Assembly (NCBI RefSeq): GCF_006345805.1
Contig: NC_043015.1
Span: forward strand, 32,426,001-32,490,000
Direction of reading: 5' to 3'
DNA from: Octopus sinensis
Lineage: Eukaryota
DNA: 64,000 nucleotides
Positions 40,341-52,710 of the stretch are shown piece after piece; position 1 is the first letter of the stretch; the number at the start of each line of letters is the position of its first letter. The notes beneath the pieces were generated by a model. That model was given only the letters and a program-made list of their open reading frames with translations, had not been told where the DNA came from and did no database searches. The translations under genes were made by a program, and so were the position numbers.

Positions 40341-40794
40341 CTTAACTATATCAGTTATATCGTTATTATTGACTAGAATCTTTGATTATTTAATTAATCA
40401 GAATTCACAAGGATTTATCAACACGCTGTAATAGTTATTCCGTGCAATATGTAAAATATTTATTAACAGATAAAACGTGTTGGTTTACTCAGTGCATTAC
40501 TCCAGGATATATCAACGAAACACCGTAATACAACAACAGCAACAAGAATAACAAGAATAAAAATCAAGAAGATGACGAAGAAGTGAAATACATTGATACA
40601 TGTTGGGAAACATCAAATAAACATACAATCAGAATGGATATTTATAGAGTGAGATCTTCGTACAAAAAAACACAAATAAAACATTTGATACATTCGGAAA
40701 ATATAAATTTGTTATCACTTTCTCCTTTAACACATGCGTTCACGCACTCTCCTTCCCACACAACAGAGACATAAACACACACATACAGTATATG

Positions 40795-40825
<31 letters not shown>

Positions 40826-41744
40826 ATATAAATTACTATAGAAATTAATTAACCTCTAGGTATAGACCTAAAGTCTGTCTTATAATGTATAAACATTAGT
40901 ATAAATAGAAACAATAATAAATAAATAAATAAATAACCTCCTGTTCTAGTATTGCACTTAAATCCCTTAATGTATTTTCCTCTACTGATAGCCTTTGACC
41001 CCTTTGATACTGTCTTTTGTTCTCTTTATATTCTTTAACCCGCCATTAACTCTGTAATAGTGGCAGTTAATAGCTGTATGATGGTCAAAAATAATGTTCT
41101 CTTATAAATTATAAATCTTAGATTCCTGCAACACTGACCTAGATTTTCTGTCACCACAGAAATAAACTAAACTTTGTAGGTTGTGTACTTACACCCCTTC
41201 CTCCCATAATATCCCATAATGTCCTTATTTGGGCGGTTTCTGCTTCACTGACTTCTTTTGCGACTTCTTTTAGCCAATATAGCCAACCTCTTCTTCCAAC
41301 ATTGTAGTTTTGTGAAACGAATAGAAGTGTGATCAACATCTTCTCATATATCAGGAAATTACATCTACATTATTATGGATACATTCATCTTTTCTTATAA
41401 AATCTCTTCTCATATCTCCGGAAATTACACCTACATTATTATGGATGGATTTACCTTTTCTGTGAAGCTAACAAACTTATTTAAAAACCTTTTATAAAAC
41501 TGTGCATCATTAGAGAACATTTGAAGTCTGCTTACAATCTAACTTTGCTTTTCATAGAACTCTCTTCGATACTTCATGAGTGTAGCCTCACCCCCTAGGA
41601 TGTTTGGAAAATTCATATGTGTTTTGGCTGATGAATACGGGACACTTGTATTTGCTGCAATATTTGCAGCGTTTAATAAAGCTGTTCTTCGTATGAAACA
41701 ATTGTACTGAACAACTAATCCATTCTTGTTGCTTTTTTTTCTTG

Positions 41745-41793
<49 letters not shown>

Positions 41794-42125
41794 ATATATG
41801 ATGTATGTATATATGTATGTATATTATTACTGTCTGAAACCACAATTAGCTATCTCAATCAATATCATACTCTGCGATTCCAATCCAAGACAAGTTGCTA
41901 GAAATGCATTTCGAGCGACTTACATAGTCCCAACATAAAAATCCTTAGAGTTCACATTCATATGATCTAATGAAAAAAAAATTATCTCGGGGGTGGGGGT
42001 CATCATACAAAATAAAACAGGAAATGAGAAAGAAATATCTATTTAAAATTTCATTCTTTATAATTTTTTCGATAGCAAAGCAAACATTCGCTGAAAACAG
42101 TGATGGATAAATATATATATACTTG

Positions 42126-42297
42126 ATTTAAAGCAGCAGAAAATTCAACAAAACCTGTTACTCTGAGGCAACGGGAAACTCAGAGTAACAGGTTTTGTTG
42201 AATTTTCTGCTGCTTTAAATAAAGCATATTACTCTACCACTGGTATTTGAGTACTCTTTTTTTTCCACCTTGTTTCACATTTATGTTTTTACTCCGG
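42126..42297 (+). mobile_element. Perfect 42-bp inverted repeat plus unique tail in (TA)n; probable Penelope-like 5'-inverted fragment
   Basis: Arm 42126-42167 (atttaaagcagcagaaaattcaacaaaacctgttactctgag) is the exact reverse complement of 42179-42220, with an 11-nt spacer gcaacgggaaa. Only the right arm continues into ~75 nt of unique sequence. (TA)n on both sides. Confidence 0.6.
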
Positions 42298-42320
42298 TAT
42301 ATATATATATATATTATATA

Positions 42321-42377
<57 letters not shown>

Positions 42378-42429
42378 TTCCGAGTACGTGTTTCATTTGC
42401 TAATAAGAGTTAGTATGGCACAAAGAGCC

Positions 42430-42625
42430 AGCCGCGAGTTGGCAGTATCGTTAGCACGACCGGCCAAATGCTTTGCTATATTTCGCCCGTCTTTTCGTTT
42501 TGACTTCTAATTCCGCCGAGGTCGACTTTGCCTTTTACCTGTTCGAGGTCGATAAAGTAAGTACCTGTTGTAATCGACTTATACCCTGCCCTGAAATTGC
42601 TGACTTTTTGCCCAAATTTGAAACC
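42430..42625 (+). mobile_element. SINE family B copy
   Basis: gcgagttggcagtatcgttagcac..ttccgccgaggtcgactttgcc..gaggtcgataaagtaagtacc..ttgcccaaatttgaaacc. Confidence 0.85.
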
Positions 42626-43154
42626 AGTATAAAACAGAGTTGACCATGAATTTACTAGAGGTAGTTTTGGAGTTTGACTGGTTGTTGTTGTTAATGTTTG
42701 TGAAAGTAGCGTTTGGGCAATATTTTAATCTTTGTGCTTAGAGGAGGTGGGAATCAATCGATCAACTGAAGCAAAGGAACTAAGAAGTATATTCCATCCT
42801 CCCCACTAAATCCACTCCAACTTCTCCTTCAAATATGGCGGCCTGTTACTGGCACCTCCGTCTTTTAAATTTATGTTTTACGTAAACAAAAATTTTAGAA
42901 TTACTTCAAAATTTTAGCCTTTAAAGAATAACAAAGAAGCCAATCAGACTACGGGGTTTCTGATTAGCTTAACAAAAGGTAAACAACAGATGTTAACTAT
43001 TGTATCGCCTCTAAATATACAGATAAACAACAAACTCAGAGGACTTGAGTACGAGTTGTTTGCAGCCGAAATTCCACGTTTACACACACAGACACACACA
43101 TATAATAATAACTATGAATGGTATGTATGATGTATGTATGTATGTGTATATATA

Positions 43155-43220
<66 letters not shown>

Positions 43221-43368
43221 ATGTATGTAAATATCTTTAAATATATATGAATATATGCATGCAAACATAAACGCCAAACACACACATACACACGCATATA
43301 CACACTCATACATACACACACATACATACATGCATACACATACATACATACATACATACATACATACA

Positions 43369-43531
43369 TAGGCGCAGGAGTGGGTGTGTGGTAAGTATTT
43401 TGCTTACCAACCACATGGTTCCGGGTTCATTCCCACTGCGTGACACCTTAGGCAAGTGTCTGCTACTATAGCCTCGGGCCGGCAAAAGCCTTGTGAGAGG
43501 ATTTGGTAGATGGAAACTGAGAGAAGCCCGT

Positions 43532-43581
<50 letters not shown>

Positions 43582-43735
43582 TGTGTGTGTATATGTTTGT
43601 GTATCTGTATTTGGCCCCCCAACATCGCTTGACAACAGTTCGGCAAAGAATAAGACCTGGAGTCGATTTGCTCGACTAAAGGCGGTGATCCAGCATGCCG
43701 CAGTCAAATGACTGAAACAAGTAGAGAGTAAAGAG
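43369..43735 (+). mobile_element. SINE family A, near full length with internal deletion
   Basis: taggcgcaggagtgggtgtgtggtaag head; tail ggcggtgatccagcatgccgcagtcaaatgactgaaacaag. Confidence 0.9.
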
Positions 43736-43951
43736 AAAATACATACATATTTATATTTATGAATGCATTATAAATATGTACAAATATATACACATATAAT
43801 ATTCAAATATATAATATTATATATATAATGTATTTATATCATATATATATATATATAATATATATATATATATATAATATATATAATATATATACATATA
43901 ATATTAAAATATATCAATATATATGTGTGTGCGTGTATGTATGCGCTTGTG

Positions 43952-44020
<69 letters not shown>

Positions 44021-45284
44021 GCATGCATATATATATATTATATATAATCAAGCGCCAAAAACAATCAGTTGAAAAACATGAATAAATAGCTTTGCAATTA
44101 ATACGACAGTGTGTGTATGTGTTTTTTTTCTTCTTGTGTTTGTGTTGTTAGGAAAGCAATAATTTAATGGAAGGTGTTAGTATGAGTAAAAAAAATATAT
44201 ATAATCAGTTCAAATAATTGAAAGCATTGGAAAAAAATTACAGAAATTTCGTCAGTAAGAAGAAAAACAAAAAAGAATAATAATAAAACAAATAAATCAA
44301 CAACAATTAATAACAATAATAATATTAATAAAGACGATGATGATTATGATGCTGATGATAATAACAACGTGGACAGAAAATAACGGTTGGAAAATGCGTG
44401 AAACGAAATATAATAGAAAAAAATTTGAGCAGGGAAATTAAATATCGATTTTCCCCTTCGGCACATAACGTCAATACGTTAACTTTTCTACGAGGTTTTG
44501 TAAAAGGAATGCGATAATTCACAATATGTTTTCTCATGCGACATCTCACACTGGAATCGGAGAATCATAAATATGAATATTTGTCCATATATTTCCCGTA
44601 ACATAAAATGAAAAAAAGAAAAATTAAAATAGGAATTAATAAGATTTCTAATTATGTTTATTAATTTTCTCTTTATAGCGTAGTTAATTAAATTCTAAGT
44701 GTACTCTGCTTAAAAGAACTGCATAATAAACCATATCACGAGATGTAACCAAGGTGATTCTCGAAGCATCGAAGCTTCCGAACACCGGTTTACACAGTTC
44801 AACAATTTGAGAAATGGAATTGTAGAATTGTAAAAACCTTCATTTAATAACTGCTTCAGTTCACGAAGGTGTGATTGGTATAATGCAGTTAGTTTGCAGT
44901 GACTATTTATACTACGCAGTTTACTATATTTAGTTTACAGTGTCGTGGACATAAAACAAAAATCAACCTGGTTCCCGATAAACTGATGATAATGTCCATA
45001 AAGGAACTGGAAAGAGAAGAATATAAATGCACCATAAACGCATACGTTTCTATAATACATAAATGCATTTCAGCTGCACATTACCGACAAAATATAAGAT
45101 CCAAAGTTCTCGATGTTATACATGAATGCATAACATCTGTATAACACCTGGAGAGAACACTGGGCAACATCGTGGGTAATTTAATAGTCTCAAAAACAAC
45201 CTCACTAATGTGAGAAAATACACTCTGAACTTATATATACATAAATACATGCACACACACACACACATTTATATATATATATAT

Positions 45285-46303
45285 ATATGTGGTGTGTGTG
45301 TATATATATATATAGGCGTAGGAGCGGCTGTGTGGTAAGTAGCTTGTTTACCAACCACAAGGTTCCGGGTTCAATCCCACTGCGTAGCACCTTAGGCAAG
45401 TGTCTTCCTCTATAGCCATGGGCCGACCAAAGCCTTGTGAGTGGATTTGGTAGACAGAAACTGAAAGAAGCCCGTCGTATATATGTGTATATATATACAT
45501 ATATATATGTGAGTGTCAGCCTAAACCTAACAGAAAGAAGCATGATAAAATCCAAGCAAAAAAATAATAATTCACGCAACGAATTTAATGCAATACATCC
45601 GCTGGGTTGGCCGTGTATACCCTCCTTATGTGCAAGTGGTGCACGTGAATTTTTTTATACGAAAGTCTAGCAGTTGCCATGCATGTAAAACCTTTTTTTT
45701 CACGCGACCGATGTATTTCTCAAGGGAAAGACATTGGAAGTCTGGTAAGTCTTGGCACAAATGCTATTATATAAATGAGAAGGAAGAGCCCACAACGCTT
45801 CCCTGGCCGATATTCAAACAGTTCTGCAAGTTATCTGCCTAAGAATGTTAATATGCATGATAGATTTTGAGCAAGGAAGCCATCAAAAGAAACAGAACTG
45901 AAGCACGAAATCTTCTCCAAATAGTATAGAATCCGTCCCTATGAAACAAGACAGCATCTCTGAGCAAAACAAAGAGTTTTCCTGTCCAAAATGAAATTTA
46001 CAGAAAATTAAACTTGCTAAAAATATAGGCGTAGGTTTGGCTGTGTGGTAGGATGTTTGTTTCTCAATCACATTGTATCTGGTTCAGTCCCACTACTTCG
46101 CACCTTGAGCATGTGTCTTTTACTATAGCCAAGCGCCAATCGAAGCCGTGTGAGTGGATTTTGCATGCGGCTGAAGAGGGCTTTTGAACTATCTGTTATG
46201 TCGATTATGCATTGATGTAAGAATAAGTTGTTCTATAAAGCTCGAAACATATGTACCGCAACATCCTTTGTGTCCTGTTTTTCATTTATTTCATTTGATA
46301 TAT

Positions 46304-46348
<45 letters not shown>

Positions 46349-47370
46349 GGTGTGTGTGTGTATATATATATATATAGGCGTAGGAGCGGCTGTGTGGTAA
46401 GTAGCTTGTTTACCAACCACAAGGTTCCGGGTTCAATCCCACTGCGTAGCACCTTAGGCAAGTGTCTTCCTCTATAGCCATGGGCCGACCAAAGCCTTGT
46501 GAGTGGATTTGGTAGACAGAAACTGAAAGAAGCCCGTCGTATATATGTGTATATATATACATATATATATGTGAGTGTCAGCCTAAACCTAACAGAAAGA
46601 AGCATGATAAAATCCAAGCAAAAAAATAAATAATTCACGCAACGAATTTAATGCAATACATCCGCTGGGTTGGCCGTGTATACCCTCCTTTATGTGCAAG
46701 TGGTGCACGTGAATTTTTTTATACGAAAGTCTAGCAGTTGCCAATGCATGTAAAACCTTTCTTTTTCACGCGACCGATGTATTTCTCAAGGGAAAGACAT
46801 TTGGAAGTCTGGTAAGTCTTGGCACAAATGCTATTATATAAATGAGAAGGAAGAGCCCACAACGCTTCCCTGGCCGATATTCAAACAGTTCTGCAAGTTA
46901 TCTGCCTAAGAATGTTAATATGCATGATAGATTTTGAGCAAGGAAGCCATCAAAAGAAACAGAACTGAAGCACGAAATCTTCTCCAAATAGTATAGAATC
47001 CGTCCCTATGAAACAAGACAGCATCTCTGAGCAAAACAAAGAGTTTTCCTGTCCAAAATGAAATTTACAGAAAATTAAACTTGCTAAAAATATAGGCGTA
47101 GGTTTGGCTGTGTGGTAGGATGTTTGTTTCTCAATCACATTGTATCTGGTTCAGTCCCACTACTTCGCACCTTGAGCATGTGTCTTTTACTATAGCCAAG
47201 CGCCAATCGAAGCCGTGTGAGTGGATTTTGCATGCGGCTGAAGAGGGCTTTTGAACTATCTGTTATGTCGATTATGCATTGATGTAAGAATAAGTTGTTC
47301 TATAAAGCTCGAAACATATGTACCGCAACATCCTTTGTGTCCTGTTTTTCATTTATTTCATTTGATATAT

Positions 47371-47410
<40 letters not shown>
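45285..47410. repeat. Near-identical ~1.06 kb tandem duplication, each copy with two SINE A fragments
   Basis: taggcgtaggagcggctg at 45313 and 46375. Identical 62-aa pseudo-ORFs at 45883-46071 and 46950-47138. Confidence 0.95.
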
Positions 47411-47418
<8 letters not shown>

Positions 47419-47899
47419 TTGTGCCTCACCACTGCTTGCCAACCGATGCTGGTGTGTTTACGTCCACTTAACTTAGAGACTGAAAATTAGTACGGAGTCG
47501 ATCAGTTCGACAAAAAAGGGGTGGTGCCCCATCATGGCCACAATCTAATGGTTAAAAGAAGTGTAAAAGAGAAGGGAAAGAATGCACTTCTAATAGCAAA
47601 GCAAGTAGATTTGTGACGAAGAGATACGCGCAGCGAATAAATCAGTACAAAGGAGAATACAAAATTCACTCTGTAGTAACTATTCAGGAAGGACTCCGAT
47701 CTGGGGTGGACATCCTTTCTCACCCACACCCCCACTAGTCTTGGAGTCATCGAAATGATTATGACTGCTCTCATTCTTTCTTTCACTAAACCATAGAAAA
47801 TATATATTAAAAAGAAATACTGGCAAAATTCTACAGTAATTTCCGGGAAGTACCAGAAAACTGCACACGAAGAACAAATCGAAGGAAAATTTCATCTTA

Positions 47900-48330
47900 G
47901 TTTTCCCAAAACTACCCGCCCACAACCTGCTTTCCTATAACATATAAAGTTTTAACAGTAATATTATAGTATGAAAGAGATGATAAACTGAAATAAATGT
48001 CAAAATTCCAGAGGAATACAAATCATAATGGAAAGACTGATATGAATCCGAAGTTCTTAAACAGAAAAACAAAACCATAACCGGAAACTGTAGGAGGAGA
48101 AACATGGATCTGAGTATGACATAGATTGATTGCCAGAAGACCTTTGACAGTGTTCGCCCACGGAAAACAAATTCTATGAATAAATTAACACCAATGAAAA
48201 GATTTATAGCAAACAGGCGTTGAGTAAATGAAAGACATAATTACAAAACGAAAGAACCGAATAACAAAAATAAAAGCGATCACCATCAGAAGGAAAATAT
48301 ATTTCGAGAGACAAAGAGACTTGCTATTAG
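47900..48330 (+). mobile_element. Decayed R4/Dong-type LINE RT remnant
   Basis: Broken-frame ENY(R)P.., IPEE.., DLSMT*IDCQKTFDSV (cf. NLSMAWIDYxKAFDSV) and ..TIRRKIYF (cf. IRRGIFQGD). Confidence 0.65.
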
Positions 48331-50049
48331 GATATTCGGATTCACACAGATACGTCTGAAAAGCTCGATCACCCAGACATTAGTCTAACCCCACCAGGAT
48401 ACTAAAAAACAGAAGAAATAAAATCTACTCGATGAATCAATTCTAACGGACGATAAAAAAGGATCTCCAAAGACCAAGAAAAACAGATATTCAGAATGTG
48501 TTGATATAGAGATATGCTGACTGGGGTTATAGTGGCACCAAGAATGTGGGGTTATAAAGATACGCTGAATGTAGGGTTATAAAGATACGCTGAATGTAGG
48601 GTTATAGAGATATGAGGCAGTGAAATGGCAAGGTGGTAAAAGTGACAGACAGAAAAGCATTGTGGTATCTGTTTGAGTTTCCTTGCTCCCAGTTCAAATC
48701 CCGCAGATATCAAGTTTGCTTTTTATCATTTCTGAGAGGTGGAACGGTGGAGCTGTAAGGACGTCGGGCTGAATATCTTTCAGTATTTGTTTCAGCTTTT
48801 GTATTCTTAGTTCAAATCCCGCCGTGGCTTCTTTGATTGATGGGGTTAATTTGTCTCTTAATAAAATGCTATCACCTGGCAACTCGAGGATACCCTACTC
48901 CGTCGCTTTCACCAATCTTGGTGGCTTTGTAAGGGATCAAGGCCTTTTGACTAAAAGGATATAGAAAAAATATATTCAGAATCTAGACTGATATATAGAT
49001 ATCTAGAAATAATACATGCGGAATGTGACGATTATTTTTGACTGAAAACATTTTGATATTGTCTGTTTTGAAGTTACAAACACAGGCCTTACGTAAGAGC
49101 TGTATATCACAGTAGGTGCCTTTGAGATGATAAAAGGAGAAATGTAAACAAATACTTTACGAAAGCACCAGAACTTCCATCTCATATAAAAAATATGTGA
49201 CTGTTAGGCACTGAAATATAAATGAATGAGAATACTCACAGTAAAATAAGAGAAACAAAATATCGCACATTTATATGGCTTAAGGTTCCAGCGGTTTTCT
49301 TAGCTGTGAAAGTTAAATGAAACCAGTATACCTAAAACACATAGGACTATAATCGCTTATATAGTGTATGAAAGCATATGAAATAAGATAGCTGAGATGA
49401 TATTACTAATATCGAGCAATTTACGTTTCTACCAAAATTATATTACCCTACCTAGTTGTGAAAAGACGTGACAGATTTCTGTTGTCATAGCAATAAAAAG
49501 ATAAAAGCAATAAATAGATATTCACAAAATTAAAAAAAAAATATATATAGCTTGCCAGTTCTGGAATTTAAAAATCAATTCTTCAACAATTATTTAGTTT
49601 CTTAAAGAGTCTACAAATTACAATACATATATTTGAATTTCTGTTTGAGTGTTTCAAGTACAGAGAAGATTTAACGCTCCAAGCATATGTATTGTCAACA
49701 GTCTGAATATGATATTACTTTAACCAATTCTGCCACAGACGCATCGTCTCTCGAAATTGCTACATAAACTCATCCACAAATGGTATCATCTATTATTCTG
49801 ATTATTAATAGTTCCGGTTTAAAGACTCTTCAGTACATTTATTTGTCCCCCGAGGCTGATTCGCTGATAAAAATCAAATAGACGAAGAATAAATAAAGTA
49901 TATTTGTTTAGCAATATTTTTATTTTAAGTTTCAACCGTTAACTTCAATTCTCTCCGTCTCTTTTTCTTTCTGAGTCAATCATACGCACGTACAACACAC
50001 ACACACACACACACACCACACACACACACATACACATGCATAAATACAT

Positions 50050-50270
50050 CAGTGCTTAGAGTGTTGGGTTTGCAATCATGAGGTTGTGAGTTCGATTCCC
50101 GGGCCGGGTTGTATGTCATGTTTTTGAGAATGACATTTTATTTTTACGTTGCTCCAGTTCATGCAGCTGTAGTAATGAGTTGCGCGCCATTGGTGCCACG
50201 TTGTGCCGGCCTTTGCCTTTCCCTTGGATAGCATCGTAGGCGTGGAGAGGAGAGGCTGGTATACAACAAA
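50050..50270 (+). mobile_element. Diverged SINE of family C type
   Basis: gaggttgtgagttcgattcccgggccggg..ttgagaatgacatttt..acgttgctccagttca..cagctg. Confidence 0.65.
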
Positions 50271-50452
50271 CAACCTTGCTCGGATTTGTGCCAAGGAGTA
50301 TGCACACACATATATATATACACACACACACAAACACAAATATATTTGTGTATGTATCTATGTATGTATCTATGTGTACCTATATAAATAACTGAATGCA
50401 TACACACAAACCGACATACACATACATACATATATATGTAAACATAGACATT

Positions 50453-50521
<69 letters not shown>

Positions 50522-52710
50522 TATCTGTTACTTCTTGCAGTCATTAGACTGCGGCCATGCTGGGGCACAGCCTTGAAGAATTTTAGTCGAATGAATGCTT
50601 CTCAGTACTTATTCTTTTAAAGCCTATCACTTATTCTATCACATTTTATTTTCCGAACCGTTGGGAACGGTTAGACACAAATATCTTTGCTATTATGTTA
50701 AACTGTCGTATGTCCAAAATTAGCCAAATGCGTTTTTGTTTTTTTTTTTGCAATATTTAATTTTGTTTGCAATAGCCGGTTTTTTGCTCAAACTGTCGTA
50801 CCTCCAGCTGCTTCAGAAGAAAATTGTCAAAGTGTAGTACAACGGTTTAGCATATTTCAAAAGTGTAGTAAGCCCCACATACGACAATTTTGCAAAAATA
50901 TTTCTGACTGAGAATATCATACATGCATGTAATAAATTTCACTCACCAGCCTTGGATTAACCCAAAACTGTGGAAAACGGCATTTACCCAAGGGTAGCAC
51001 CACGATGAATCCAAAACTACTCAGCATCGAATTGAAGGGAAGTGATTGCTTGAATAGTTTTCATCATAAACCTATTGGGTCATGGTTAAGTTGAATCTAC
51101 ACAACAGCAATAACCAACAACGACAACAATTACCTGCAATCCAGTGTTATCGTGCTACCAATAATTCTAACTCAGTTATTACAGTTTGTTAAATAAATTC
51201 CACCATTGATCTTTACTTAACGGCCGCAATTTTCCCCCATTTTCTATACTGTTCTTTTGGTCGATTACTCTATTGTTTTATTCCATTTCCTTTGCTTTAT
51301 TTCTTGTTATTCCAGTCTACCATAGCAGCTACTGAAACATTTAATGGATTATTATATCATCTCCTTCACTATATATTTGAACAATGCGATTATATTGAGA
51401 CAGAAAAACGAAGCTGGTTATATCTTTAGTTCGTTGAATAATTTCACTTTACTCTGTTTCCGAAATCATTTCTATTCAACATATATCTTTATCTCCTCCT
51501 CTTACCTCCCACTCTATTATCTACCTTGCATATCGATATTCTTATTTGTTCCAGAGAATTCCTACTGAAAATAAAGCCGTCATGTTCTTTCAAGTGATAT
51601 ATTTCTGATATTGATTGTTAAATACTTAACTACAGAGACTTTTACTATGGTTTCTTATATCGCTTCATTGCTACACTCGCTTTCCTTTTTAACTTTGCTG
51701 GACCATTAATCTTTTTCATCCATTTTGCTTCGTTAGTTCTTCACCGATTTCCTAATATTTTCCAATCTCTCTTATTGATTACCCGGCTTCCTGTTTCATA
51801 TTGCCTGCCTATTCACTGTCGAAATAGCTGCAAATGGCGGCACATCAGATATATCGCCGTAGTTTTGTAATGCTGGCGATAAGAGGCAGCGAGTGAAACT
51901 TTTATGCGTTCGCTCGATTTGCTAGAAAACAACTGTCTAATGTCTCAAAAACGGGGAAAGGACGCATTGGATAATGCACTCCTGGACATAACAAGGACGA
52001 TGTGGCCAGTACTGGAGCATATTTGTTCATGGATCCGATTGACTGGGTTTACCTGTGTCTAAACAACAACAATAACAGCAATAACAAGAACTGAAATTAA
52101 GCCTTCAGTTTTGCTTCCCAGGCAAATCATCGACATGTCTGGCTTATACGTTCTTGCTACTAATAATAAGAAATTCTGTGGAGAGATAAGGCCAGTTTGG
52201 AGATTCTTTAGAGTCTCTGAATTTCTTTAGAGTCTCTGTTGATATAAATGCTTTAAAATGGTTTTACGGGAGAACAATTTGATCAGTTCGTCTGAGTACA
52301 TAATGGTGTTGAACTGGGCAGCTTAATAAAGCTTCGATTAATTATTTTATATTCTTGACTATAACATCAACCAGCATCATTTTAATTGATGTGGTAACTC
52401 CTTACAGCAAGGTGGATTGACCCAGGATTTGTAAACAAGTTCAGTACACATAGATAGGTCAGATGGCTAACTAGATACAATAATGGACTCCCATCTGAAG
52501 GAAATTAGATTTATATTACATCACCGCTATTATATCGCAATTTTGGCCAAGTCTCTTTAAATTAAAGTGATTCAGTATAACTAGCTGTACATAGGTACTA
52601 CAAAGTGGGAATCACTGATCGATGCAAATAGCAGTTGCTGTATTAAAATCTCGAAGAGGTTTGTTACATAGCACACAAACTTCAAATCTTTTGGTGAGAA
52701 AGGCTACTTT

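Noticed and set aside
42830-42975. Promoter-like motifs (aatatggcggcc YY1-like; CCAAT within a small hairpin)
   Set aside because: Short motifs expected by chance in 64 kb, with no supporting CpG enrichment or transcript evidence.
52606-52618. gtgggaatcactg as the terminal inverted repeat of the hAT element
   Set aside because: Wrong orientation for the left boundary of the 52711-54197 element, and no partner repeat was found.
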